64,000 bases of DNA from IMG/VR virus record IMGVR_UViG_3300046355_000213, positions 1 through 64,000 of that record; one strand, written 5' to 3'. Origin of the DNA: a virus. A program made the position numbers and the translations under genes. Positions within the stretch are counted from its first letter, which is position 1; each line of letters starts with the position of its first letter. This document shows, piece after piece, positions 1 to 8,293 of this stretch. A model generated the notes under the pieces. That model worked only from the letters and a program-made list of their open reading frames with translations. It was not told where the DNA came from and did no database searches.

Positions 1-134
1 TTCCAACGCTTCATCCTAGCCTTACTAAACAAGAAATCTACCATATTCAAGAAATAGTTCGGTCATACAGTTACATCGGATTCAGAAGAGGTTATCTCCA
101 AGGTTATAACGATGCTAAACAACAAGACGTATGA
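1..134 (+). CDS. hypothetical protein, 5'-truncated
   Basis: Frame 3 open from window edge to TGA 132-134, overlapping next ATG (ATGA). Confidence 0.5.
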   Translation, partial: PTLHPSLTKQEIYHIQEIVRSYSYIGFRRGYLQGYNDAKQQDV

Positions 135-292
135 GTTTGTATATAAACGTCAATGGGGAAATAGGTACAGATAAGCCAATCATCACTATACACGCCGAGT
201 TTCAGCTTATAGCAGATGAAAAAAAGCTAGAAATACTAATTCTCCTACAAAATTGGACAGCAGATCAACTAAAACAAGTCACTAAACAATAA
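131..292 (+). CDS. small hypothetical protein (53 aa, MSLYINVNGEIG...)
   Basis: Manually read ORF below track cutoff, fills gap in tightly packed + strand operon. Confidence 0.55.
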   Translation: MSLYINVNGEIGTDKPIITIHAEFQLIADEKKLEILILLQNWTADQLKQVTKQ

Positions 293-296
293 GACG

Positions 297-578
297 ATGA
301 CCAAACTAGTAGTTAAACTGACTATACTCTGGAAGATCATAACCAGCCAGTATAACCACTTTGTTGTACTTGATATTAGTCAAGAGCATATGATTAACCT
401 GTTTTCTGATGAAGACTTTGATGTTGAAGTGATGTACTATGGGCTTCAGCCCTATGTTGTACAAAGAATGATCAACCAATGCTCCACAGTAAAAGATGAC
501 ATTGACATGATGCTGGATAAAGCACAGTTTGAGGCAGAAGCCGAGTTACATAACCGTAAAAAACAAAATGAAAAATAA
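297..578 (+). CDS. hypothetical protein
   Basis: ORF track, operon packing. Confidence 0.7.
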   Translation: MTKLVVKLTILWKIITSQYNHFVVLDISQEHMINLFSDEDFDVEVMYYGLQPYVVQRMINQCSTVKDDIDMMLDKAQFEAEAELHNRKKQNEK

Positions 579-768
579 TTTAGTGATAGCCGTCTTAGGA
601 GGGCTTGCAGCATGTTTGCTGATCTACATAGGTGTGACTTTCACCTTATGGGAACCTAATCCTGCCAACTGGCCGGAACAAGTCAGAGGACTCTCTGCTA
701 TTATAGGGTTAGGAGCTTTTGTTTTTGGCTTTGCGGCCACCGTATCTAACGTAAAACACGAATGGTAG
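568..768 (+). CDS. small membrane protein (2 TM)
   Basis: ATG at 568; two hydrophobic segments flanking WEPNPANW. Confidence 0.7.
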   Translation: MKNNLVIAVLGGLAACLLIYIGVTFTLWEPNPANWPEQVRGLSAIIGLGAFVFGFAATVSNVKHEW

Positions 769-971
769 ACTTTGCAAAACAAGACGTGGTCAATGACCAG
801 TATTATATTTCTACTACCGCATCTGCTGATGCCGGTAAAAAGTTTGTCAGTACCGTATTTGGTTACTACAATAAACGAATCATGTGGTCCAAGGTATTCA
901 AACAGGTTTACTATGAATCTGTCAAGGAAGCTGAGGAAGGCCACAAAGCTTTGAAAAAAGAGTTCTCATGA
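762..971 (+). CDS. hypothetical protein
   Basis: Overlapping start/stop with neighbours. Confidence 0.65.
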   Translation: MVDFAKQDVVNDQYYISTTASADAGKKFVSTVFGYYNKRIMWSKVFKQVYYESVKEAEEGHKALKKEFS

Positions 972-1240
972 GGTCTTATCCTAAGAACCGTAAAGGTATC
1001 TCTGGCACTCCTTTTCCGCGTTTGACAAACCACAAACTTACCTGTGGTTGGTGCGGTTACTATCAGGATCCTGAACTAGTAGCTAAAAGTATGAAGAACC
1101 GGTTGAAGATGAGCTATCCCTGTGACAAATGTACCAGGAGGCTTATCATTCAGCGGACAGCTAACGGATTGTTTTCAGCTTACCAAGCTGATAAAGCCCG
1201 TTACTTACGTAATGTTTCACTTAACAAGAACAGGATATGA
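968..1240 (+). CDS. Zn-ribbon protein
   Basis: CGWC and CDKC pairs; ATGA overlaps. Confidence 0.7.
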   Translation: MRSYPKNRKGISGTPFPRLTNHKLTCGWCGYYQDPELVAKSMKNRLKMSYPCDKCTRRLIIQRTANGLFSAYQADKARYLRNVSLNKNRI

Positions 1241-1497
1241 CTCTAACACCTAGAGAAAAATCTCTTATCATAGCTGTGCTATTTACACTCAGCATATTTG
1301 CTGTATCTGTCGGCATTGGTCAATTCTTAGCATATATGATGGCACCTACTCCAAAAAAGTACACCATTAAAACTGAACAAAAAACCTACCATACAGATTC
1401 TTTTAGAATGTACGGTAAGGGTGTTGTGTTCTCTACAGAAGATCAAGAAGTTATTCTAATGGGTGACTTACAAATCCTTAAACAAAAGCAACCATGA
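1237..1497 (+). CDS. membrane-anchored hypothetical protein
   Basis: N-terminal TM; ATGA overlap. Confidence 0.7.
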   Translation: MTLTPREKSLIIAVLFTLSIFAVSVGIGQFLAYMMAPTPKKYTIKTEQKTYHTDSFRMYGKGVVFSTEDQEVILMGDLQILKQKQP

Positions 1498-1805
1498 GGT
1501 ATTTATTCAGGTTTATCTGTGCTTGCATCTATGCAGTGTGGAAACCATCTGCTCATTTTACGGGCAATGTCTTATTATTTATTTGGCACGGAACCTTACC
1601 TAAGCTCAGTGCTCGTAAACTGATAAAGTTAGAGTGGGAAACTTCCTATTTCTACTGCAATTACTTATTCATGAATGATGTCACTCCTGAATATGTATAC
1701 AAGTGTTTCAAAGATTATGTTATAAGCAAGAGAACCTATATTCCGAATGTCACTACTGTTTTTGAATATCAACATAAAGCCTTAGGCAACATTAGAGAAT
1801 GGTAA
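1494..1805 (+). CDS. hypothetical protein
   Basis: ATGA overlap, operon packing. Confidence 0.6.
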   Translation: MRYLFRFICACIYAVWKPSAHFTGNVLLFIWHGTLPKLSARKLIKLEWETSYFYCNYLFMNDVTPEYVYKCFKDYVISKRTYIPNVTTVFEYQHKALGNIREW

Positions 1806-2491
1806 TATTACACATTTCCGACACTCACGGGTTTCATGAACAGTTTCCAGCAACACGCTTTGAAGGTGTAGATGTAGTCATCCATAGTGGTGACTGCTCT
1901 AACATAGCTAACACTACTTTTAATGCTTTAGAAGTACTGCAGTTTATAAGATGGTATGCGACAGTTCCTGTAAAACATAAGATCTATGTAGCAGGTAATC
2001 ATGACACTTCTATTGAACGCAAAATGGTTACTCAAATCCATTTTGAAGATGCAGGCATTATCTACCTGGAAAATGACAGTGTGTCCATTGACGGCGTAAA
2101 TTTCTACGGATCTCCTCATACTCCTACATTTGGCACTTGGGCTTTTATGAAAGCGCGTGATAAGCTAAACCGTGTGTGGGAAGCTATTCCTGAAGACACG
2201 GATGTACTAATTGTCCATGGGCCTCCTAAGGGCGTCAGAGACTTAAGTTATGACCGCCAGGGTAACTTGGAGATGTGCGGCTGCTCAGCACTAATGAAAC
2301 GGTGCTGGAAGCTTAAAGGTACTCTCAAGCTGGTAGCCTTCGGGCATATCCATAATATGGATGGCATAGACACCAACCAAGGCGTATCCCACTACTCAAA
2401 TACAAAGACTGTGTTCTCTAATGCAGCTTGTGTGTATGATGGTAGGTTCGACAAGGGGCTTACTTCTTTTGGTAATATCATAACTCTATAA
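1799..2491 (+). CDS. calcineurin-like metallophosphoesterase
   Basis: SDTH, HSGD, GNHD, HGPP and GHIH motifs. Confidence 0.92.
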   Translation: MVILHISDTHGFHEQFPATRFEGVDVVIHSGDCSNIANTTFNALEVLQFIRWYATVPVKHKIYVAGNHDTSIERKMVTQIHFEDAGIIYLENDSVSIDGVNFYGSPHTPTFGTWAFMKARDKLNRVWEAIPEDTDVLIVHGPPKGVRDLSYDRQGNLEMCGCSALMKRCWKLKGTLKLVAFGHIHNMDGIDTNQGVSHYSNTKTVFSNAACVYDGRFDKGLTSFGNIITL

Positions 2492-2493
2492 TC

Positions 2494-2709
2494 ATGGCAG
2501 ATATCACAATGTGCAGAGATGAGTCTTGTACTAAAAGACTCTCCTGTTACAGGCACACAGCTCCAACAGATTGGTTTTGTCAGACAGTGTTTATGAACTC
2601 ACCTCGTGAAGGTGATAAGTGCAAATACTACTGGCCAACTGAGGAGTCAAAAAACGAGAATAATGAAAGTAATACGGCAGAACACCAAAACCCTGGTCAC
2701 CAGGGATAA
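2494..2709 (+). CDS. small Cys-rich phage protein
   Basis: MADITMC...C...CYR...C pattern. Confidence 0.65.
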   Translation: MADITMCRDESCTKRLSCYRHTAPTDWFCQTVFMNSPREGDKCKYYWPTEESKNENNESNTAEHQNPGHQG

Positions 2710-3514
2710 TGGTAGAAGCGCAGATGCTATCAGCCCAAACCTGATTTATGGGTGCGCAGGAGGCTGTATGAAGACTTATTGCTACGTAGCAAGATTTAAT
2801 AATGACAAAATTTATATCAATGAGAACAGGCAACAAATCCTGGGCTCTGTTAACAAATGGGTAGAGAAACAACCCTGGCCTAAGATGCCTAATCAGACGG
2901 ATGACAAATATTACACGGTAGACATTGGCTGCAGTACAGATATGGGCTTACACAGTAAGCATTATAAAATGCAAGAGATCTTTGACTTTTTTAATGTGCA
3001 TCCCAAACTGAAAAGCACCTTTGCTACCAAGTACCCTACCCGGTTTGATCCAAACCTGTACATGCTTTTTCGGGATAAGAACCGTATCAGGGTGTCACTA
3101 ATGCCTGAAAAGTATAGCAATATCCTGGAACCTAATACAGACAGTATTGAAGACCGGATTGGTGCTATAAAATATTTGCAACAGTATATGGAAGTGCATA
3201 TCAACTTCTCCCCTGTTATCTTTGAAAGAGACTGGAGACAGCAGTATCTCCATTTGTTTGAGTTGTTGTGGGAACAAGATATTGATGTACCCTGTGAGGT
3301 TATCATGCTTACTTACAATGAGAAACAAGCACTAAAGCAAGATGACTCTGTTATCAAGCATTTACTGTATAAACCTCATCTGCAAGAAGAAAAAGACTCC
3401 CAGTATGCACCAGGTAATCTGCGGTATCACGGGCCACTCAAAACTCAAATGGTAGAGCAGTTTAAAGAGATGCACAACAAGTACTTTAAAAGCCCTATCC
3501 GTTACATTTTTTAA
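2663..3514 (+). CDS. splB: spore photoproduct lyase family radical SAM protein
   Basis: GCAGGCMKTYCY cluster motif, DIGCSTD (4th Cys), FATKY, RIRVSL, EDRIGAI and HINFSPVI follow SplB motif order; ATG 2663 preferred to GTG 2606. Confidence 0.82.
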   Translation: MKVIRQNTKTLVTRDNGRSADAISPNLIYGCAGGCMKTYCYVARFNNDKIYINENRQQILGSVNKWVEKQPWPKMPNQTDDKYYTVDIGCSTDMGLHSKHYKMQEIFDFFNVHPKLKSTFATKYPTRFDPNLYMLFRDKNRIRVSLMPEKYSNILEPNTDSIEDRIGAIKYLQQYMEVHINFSPVIFERDWRQQYLHLFELLWEQDIDVPCEVIMLTYNEKQALKQDDSVIKHLLYKPHLQEEKDSQYAPGNLRYHGPLKTQMVEQFKEMHNKYFKSPIRYIF

Positions 3515-3524
3515 ACCAATTTTT

Positions 3525-4574
3525 ATGGAAAACCAATGGGTGCACACCAATAGTGTGTTCAGAATGAGAGAAGTCTCTCAACAATTAGATGCTCTTCCCA
3601 GGGCAGTGTACAAACTACAGGAAGACCGCTTTGGCTTTTTCCTTGCAGAAGTGGACAAAGAATTCAGTTTACCAGAAAAGATCTATGGTTTACAACGCCC
3701 ATTTATTAGCCGGGTAAAGAAATCATGGCAAGAAACAACGGGTAACATGGGTATCTTACTCAATGGTATCCGTGGTACGGGTAAAACAGTTACTGCAGAG
3801 GTTATTGCAAACGAAATGAACCTTCCGGTAATCATCATTGCTCAACAGTTTGAAGGCAACATGATTGACTTTATCAATGAGCTCAGTGATGACTGTGTAA
3901 TCTTCTTTGATGAGTATGACAAGATCTTTGAAAAGTACTCCAGCACATTACTTACGGTAATGGACGGTGTACTTAAAAGAGATACGCGTATCATGTTCCT
4001 GCTTACTACCAATGATGATCACCTCAATGATAACATGTATCAGAGACCCAGCCGTATCCGGTATATCAATACTTTTGGTAACCTAGACCCTGATGTTGTT
4101 ATAGAAGTGGTAGATGACTGTCTTACAGCAGTGCAGTACCGTGAAGAAACCATCCGGTTTATCTCTGAGCTAAGCATCATTACCATTGACCTGGTAAAAA
4201 GCATCATTCAGGAAGTGAATATCCACCAAGAGTCGCCTTATGTGTTCAGGGATGTCTTTAACATCACAGGTAACGAAAAGACCTATGAGGTTACTGAGAT
4301 TGATGAAAATGATAAGGAGACAGTGCTATTCCAAAGAGCTACCATAGATGACTTCATGAGTGTACCGTTCACATTTAGTGACATAGGCTCAAGTCTTTAT
4401 ATCAACGGGAGCTATATTGGAACCATCAAGGATATTATCAACCCTAGCACTGTTGACGTTGCTAAAAAAGACCATCTAAAAAATGATGAAGATGATGATA
4501 AAGTAGTACACCGTAAGCTGTCCTTTAAAGTACAATCAAGAAAACATTATTCATTTATTGAAAGAGGCTTATGA
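3525..4574 (+). CDS. AAA+ ATPase
   Basis: Walker A GIRGTGKT, Walker B IFFDE, RPSR arginine finger. Confidence 0.88.
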   Translation: MENQWVHTNSVFRMREVSQQLDALPRAVYKLQEDRFGFFLAEVDKEFSLPEKIYGLQRPFISRVKKSWQETTGNMGILLNGIRGTGKTVTAEVIANEMNLPVIIIAQQFEGNMIDFINELSDDCVIFFDEYDKIFEKYSSTLLTVMDGVLKRDTRIMFLLTTNDDHLNDNMYQRPSRIRYINTFGNLDPDVVIEVVDDCLTAVQYREETIRFISELSIITIDLVKSIIQEVNIHQESPYVFRDVFNITGNEKTYEVTEIDENDKETVLFQRATIDDFMSVPFTFSDIGSSLYINGSYIGTIKDIINPSTVDVAKKDHLKNDEDDDKVVHRKLSFKVQSRKHYSFIERGL

Positions 4575-5146
4575 TAACAGAACAGCAAGTACAAGATGCT
4601 AAGGATGAATTTATATCCCTTGTTAGCAGTAATTACAAGAAGAACGGCGGATCAGCTCCTGTGTTTGCCCTGGTGGTAGAACACGCTGATCAGACCATAC
4701 CTGGTATTTTGGTATTCCCTTTACCAGGAGAACTGTTTAGCAGTAAGGAGCATAAGCAACTGCTGATAGACAAAGTATTGCCTGATGTAGCAAAACAGGT
4801 TGTACAAGAGCAGGGGTATAAACCTCTCGCTACTTGTTTTATGATGGAAGCTAACATGTGGATCAAGCAAAAGCAAAAGGATGAAGAAATTACAGAAGAA
4901 GAGATCTCTGACATCCGTAATCAAGGAGCTCCCACAGACATCCTCATGTTCAGCTTTGAAGACAAGTACAGTGAAAGCATGACCATCTTTGAGGTGGAGC
5001 AGAAAAGCTTTGTTACACCTGAAGGTGAGATCACCAAGGAGACAGAACTTATTGCCCGACCAGAGCTAGGTATGGATGACAACAATCATGTTGTTATGAA
5101 AGGGTTGTTTACAGGGTTGTTTAAGATATTTTGGAAAGCGGAATAA
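4571..5146 (+). CDS. hypothetical protein
   Basis: 191-aa ORF, ATGA overlap. Confidence 0.75.
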   Translation: MITEQQVQDAKDEFISLVSSNYKKNGGSAPVFALVVEHADQTIPGILVFPLPGELFSSKEHKQLLIDKVLPDVAKQVVQEQGYKPLATCFMMEANMWIKQKQKDEEITEEEISDIRNQGAPTDILMFSFEDKYSESMTIFEVEQKSFVTPEGEITKETELIARPELGMDDNNHVVMKGLFTGLFKIFWKAE

Positions 5147-6011
5147 TCTGAGGTAACACAGAAGGCTTTGAACGTAGCTTGGTGTAATGATCCAAGACAG
5201 TTCTGGCTTTTCTATGTCCCATCAGGTAAGCCAGTGATAGAATATCTATATTTTGCTCTACCGCTATAGTACCAAAGGTATGTCTACAAGCGTACAAATC
5301 CCGTTCAGGAATATTGAGCTTAGCTAAGACAGGCTTAAGTATTCGCTTTTGAAACTTGTTGTCATCTATGGGGTTGTTGAAGATACTGGTAAATACAAAA
5401 TCAGTAGCTTTTTTCTTATCACAAATAGGCTTAAGGATCTCTTCCAGGCCAAGTGATAAGGGAATATACCGGTTACCTGAAGCAGTCTTAGGACTTTTAA
5501 GGTATCTTTTACCTTCATAGGTACGTGCATAGTTTTTACAAATGTAAATACGCCTGTTGGTAAAGTCTACCATGTTACATTTGAGTGCAACTGCTTCGCC
5601 ATTACGGCAGCCTGACTGTATAAGGAACATCAGAAAAGGATAGTAATACTTCCTCAATCTGGGCACTTGCTCAAAGTGAGCTATCAGTGACAGAAGTTCG
5701 TCATCAGTATAAGGTTGTCTCTTGGAGTTAACTTCACTGTTACGTCTTCTCTTGCACTCATCTAGTGGGTCAGACTTTATGTACTTCATTTTGAGACACC
5801 ACTTGATGAACCTCTTAAGAATAGCCAGCCTGTCATTATATGTGACTGGGCCAAGTTTCTTATCCCGGTTAAGAAAATAACCAAGTTCATCAAGGTCTTT
5901 AATTTTCCAGCGCGCTAGCATGCGCTCAGTTGAAGTAACGTTGTGAGGTACATGTAAACCGTAAACTAAGTCTCTCCATTTGATGTAAGCATTCATTGCA
6001 AGGACCTTCAT
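5121..6011 (-). CDS. int: tyrosine recombinase/integrase
   Basis: SGCRNGE (R), PKT (K), YACRHTF (H replaced by Y in HxxR), MGH, DHY (Tyr); no obvious arm-binding N-terminal domain. Confidence 0.9.
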   Translation of the reverse strand: MKVLAMNAYIKWRDLVYGLHVPHNVTSTERMLARWKIKDLDELGYFLNRDKKLGPVTYNDRLAILKRFIKWCLKMKYIKSDPLDECKRRRNSEVNSKRQPYTDDELLSLIAHFEQVPRLRKYYYPFLMFLIQSGCRNGEAVALKCNMVDFTNRRIYICKNYARTYEGKRYLKSPKTASGNRYIPLSLGLEEILKPICDKKKATDFVFTSIFNNPIDDNKFQKRILKPVLAKLNIPERDLYACRHTFGTIAVEQNIDILSLAYLMGHRKARTVLDHYTKLRSKPSVLPQIIPLSKIS

Positions 6012-6049
6012 AACAAGTTGATTTATACTGAGTTATGTAGGCTGATTTG

Positions 6050-6093
6050 TACTCTGTCAAAGTAATGCTCTAAACCAACTGAGCTAACAGTCC
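6050..6093 (-). tRNA. 5' half of tRNA-Val(GAC); incomplete, candidate attP core
   Basis: Minus strand GGACTGT-TA-GCTC-AGTTGGTTTA-GAGC-A-TTACT-TTGACAG-AGTA gives acceptor 5' strand, D arm and anticodon arm; no T arm or 3' acceptor follows. Confidence 0.8.
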
Positions 6094-6107
6094 AGCCTAC
6101 GTTTCAG

Positions 6108-6139
6108 CGAATTTATGCACTAAGTGTGCTTTTGCCAAA
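6108..6139 (-). promoter_or_regulatory. Bacteroidota sigma70-type promoter upstream of tRNA half/int
   Basis: TTTG (6139-6136), 20-nt spacer, TAAATTCG (6115-6108) versus consensus TTTG-N19-21-TAnnTTTG. Confidence 0.6.
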
Positions 6140-6174
6140 ATTAAGCTAATTTACTGTAAATCAACGGTTGCAAA

Positions 6175-6190
6175 ATTGCAATATTGCAAT
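6175..6190. promoter_or_regulatory. perfect 16-bp palindrome, candidate operator
   Basis: ATTGCAATATTGCAAT between divergent int and HTH genes. Confidence 0.45.
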
Positions 6191-6216
6191 ATCAAAAAGA
6201 GTAGGGGACAGTATTA

Positions 6217-6251
6217 TTTGTATACTTTATCTCAAAATTTGTATAGCTTTG
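6217..6251 (+). promoter_or_regulatory. Bacteroidota-type promoter
   Basis: TAGCTTTG -7 box at 6244-6251; TTTG at 6217-6220 (spacer of 23 is somewhat long). Confidence 0.5.
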
Positions 6252-6271
6252 TGTAAACTAATGGTTGAAGT

Positions 6272-6607
6272 ATGGCAAAATTAAGCAAGCAGCAATTAAA
6301 CGAAATGAAGCAGATGATCAGTAAAGGTATAGGCCCTGAAGACATCTCTAATCACTTTAATGTAGCTATCTCAAATGTGCACTACTACAAAGCCAAGTTC
6401 AAAAAAGACGGGCTGGAAGTGCCTAATTTGAAAGGCAGGAGACCTACCGGATCTGTACAACAACCTGCTATTCCCGCTATCACTGAAACCAATGTTCAGG
6501 TAACTGGACAGGACATGCGGGTCGTGGTCAATGGCGTACCGGTAACCATACATGGTAGTGCCAAAAATGTGACCATCAGTAACGGTTCACTGCAAGTGGA
6601 CTTTTAG
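6272..6607 (+). CDS. HTH DNA-binding protein
   Basis: GIGPEDISNHFNVAISNVHYY HTH; C-terminal beta domain. Confidence 0.75.
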   Translation: MAKLSKQQLNEMKQMISKGIGPEDISNHFNVAISNVHYYKAKFKKDGLEVPNLKGRRPTGSVQQPAIPAITETNVQVTGQDMRVVVNGVPVTIHGSAKNVTISNGSLQVDF

Positions 6608-6629
6608 TAAGAACAATTAATTACACTGC

Positions 6630-6656
6630 AGGGGGTAGAAAGTCTATCCCCTTTTT
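6630..6656 (+). terminator. rho-independent terminator
   Basis: AGGGGGTAGA-AAG-TCTATCCCCT followed by T run. Confidence 0.75.
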
Positions 6657-6678
6657 CATTTTATCCCCCCAATGTTCT

Positions 6679-7035
6679 ATGAACCAGAAAAGAACAAGAG
6701 TTGTGTTGCCTCAGGCTACAAAAGACATGATTGTAAACCTGTTAAACTCAGGCTTAGGCCCTAGTGCAGTAGTAAAAGCTATGCCAGGTATCAAAGTAGG
6801 TCAAGTATGGCCGTTCAGCAGTAAAATGTACCGTGATTCCAAGGTGCGGCAGGCCCCAACAGCAGGAAAAACTACTACGACTGATGCTGCAGTAAAAAAA
6901 GAGGCTACTGTAGTTAAGGCAGTAGTAAAAGCTACTGAAACAATCTGCTATTCTGTAGACGGTGTAGACATTATTTTGTCTAAGAAGCCTAACACAGTCA
7001 CTATTGCAGACAACGTTATCTCATTCAAATTTTAA
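6679..7035 (+). CDS. putative HTH protein, paralogue-like to 6272..6607
   Basis: SGLGPSAVVKAMPGIKVGQV HTH-like region and similar C-terminal beta domain. Confidence 0.7.
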   Translation: MNQKRTRVVLPQATKDMIVNLLNSGLGPSAVVKAMPGIKVGQVWPFSSKMYRDSKVRQAPTAGKTTTTDAAVKKEATVVKAVVKATETICYSVDGVDIILSKKPNTVTIADNVISFKF

Positions 7036-7037
7036 GT

Positions 7038-7211
7038 ATGGCCAACATTATTCAGGAGTTAATTTGTAAAGGTCCTCTTGAAGAAGTCAGAGACCTAAAA
7101 GCCAAAGTGTTGAAGTTAGAAGACAAGTTGCAGAAAAAGCAACACGACATCAACAAGACAAATGCCTTTTATAAGAACAAAATCAGAGAGTTAAAGGCAG
7201 CTAAGCGTTAG
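7038..7211 (+). CDS. small coiled-coil protein (57 aa)
   Basis: Manually read MANIIQELICKGPLEEVRDLKAKVLKLEDKLQKK... Confidence 0.6.
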   Translation: MANIIQELICKGPLEEVRDLKAKVLKLEDKLQKKQHDINKTNAFYKNKIRELKAAKR

Positions 7212-7241
7212 TCTATAGCGCTATAATCCACAGTACCGGTG

Positions 7242-7279
7242 TTGTAGAGTTTGTTGGTAAGTTGTAGAGGTTATATTTG
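7242..7279 (+). promoter_or_regulatory. Bacteroidota-type promoter with two TTGTAGA boxes
   Basis: TTTG 7250-7253, 18-nt spacer, TATATTTG 7272-7279; TTGTAGA at 7242 and 7262. Confidence 0.65.
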
Positions 7280-7301
7280 TATAACCGTACTATGATTACC
7301 C

Positions 7302-7577
7302 ATGCTTTATCAACTCCCCAATGGCCGTGTAATAGAAATGTCAACAGAGCAATTCTGTGACATGACTGATGATGACTTCGAGTATCTCATTGCCAATAAT
7401 TTTGGTGAAGAAGTAGAAGATCCATTCTTTGGCTCCGTGTTAACCGGTAGTAAGTCTAAATCCATACTGGACACTTTTCCAGATGTACCTGCAGAGGTAA
7501 TGAAAGACTTGACCCAGATCACAGACCAGGAAAAGCTCCTGAATCCTGACATAGACTACAACAGTCAGGAAGACTAA
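7302..7577 (+). CDS. acidic hypothetical protein
   Basis: MLYQLPNGRVI... ORF directly downstream of promoter. Confidence 0.8.
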   Translation: MLYQLPNGRVIEMSTEQFCDMTDDDFEYLIANNFGEEVEDPFFGSVLTGSKSKSILDTFPDVPAEVMKDLTQITDQEKLLNPDIDYNSQED

Positions 7578-7670
7578 TTCACACACACACTTTGTATGAT
7601 AACCCCACACTGGTACGTAACTGTACTGGTGCGGGCTTGTATTGTTTAAAAACTAAAAATTAAGAAAACC

Positions 7671-8159
7671 ATGTCACAGAAAGTAAAAGTAGCCGGAGAT
7701 GAGTTCGGCAATGTTATCAATGTATCTGAGAACAATCCTGAGTACGGCTATGTACGTATCACTCAGCAGGTGAATGTAATCACTGAGGACGGATGGTTCC
7801 GCCCAACCCGCAGAAGTGCTTTGCTTAAAGGTAAGATTACTGACCTTCAGGCAGGTAACTTCAATGTTAACCAGGAATTGCCTGGTAAGATCATTGTAAA
7901 GGAGTCCTTGGTTCCTTTTAACCAGATCAACCCTGACCAACACTTAAAGATTGCCGGTGATACTGGTATTATCTGCCGTGTTGATGATCAGCCAATCTAC
8001 CGCGACACCTTCTACACCATGAACCCGGAAGCACAGGATATCCTGATTATGCACGACGAGTCATGCCGTGAGGAGATCCGCCAGGTAGGCGCTGCCACTC
8101 GTACACTCATGAAAAACAGTGTATTGAACAAGATGGTAGTTGAAGAAGCACAGTTGTAA
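7671..8159 (+). CDS. hypothetical protein
   Basis: 162-aa ORF, A-rich leader. Confidence 0.8.
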   Translation: MSQKVKVAGDEFGNVINVSENNPEYGYVRITQQVNVITEDGWFRPTRRSALLKGKITDLQAGNFNVNQELPGKIIVKESLVPFNQINPDQHLKIAGDTGIICRVDDQPIYRDTFYTMNPEAQDILIMHDESCREEIRQVGAATRTLMKNSVLNKMVVEEAQL

Positions 8160-8189
8160 GATTGATTTTTCATACATTTTTTGTAAAAA

Positions 8190-8219
8190 AGGGGGTGGCT
8201 TTGCTGCCCCTATTTTTTT
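8190..8219 (+). terminator. rho-independent terminator
   Basis: GGGGTGGC-TTT-GCTGCCCC followed by T-rich tail. Confidence 0.7.
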
Positions 8220-8293
8220 GTATAAATAGTTGAAGAACTCCTTGCATTATTTGTAGAACTTACTTATTTTTAACCCCTTTATCTGTAGAAGTC

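Noticed and set aside
6050-6093. Complete functional tRNA-Val
   Set aside because: No variable loop, T arm or 3' acceptor strand follows the anticodon stem
7603-7637. Imperfect hairpin CCCCACACTGGTAC...GTACTGGTGCGGG
   Set aside because: Several G-U pairs and mismatches with no clear U tract; not enough support to call a terminator or RNA element
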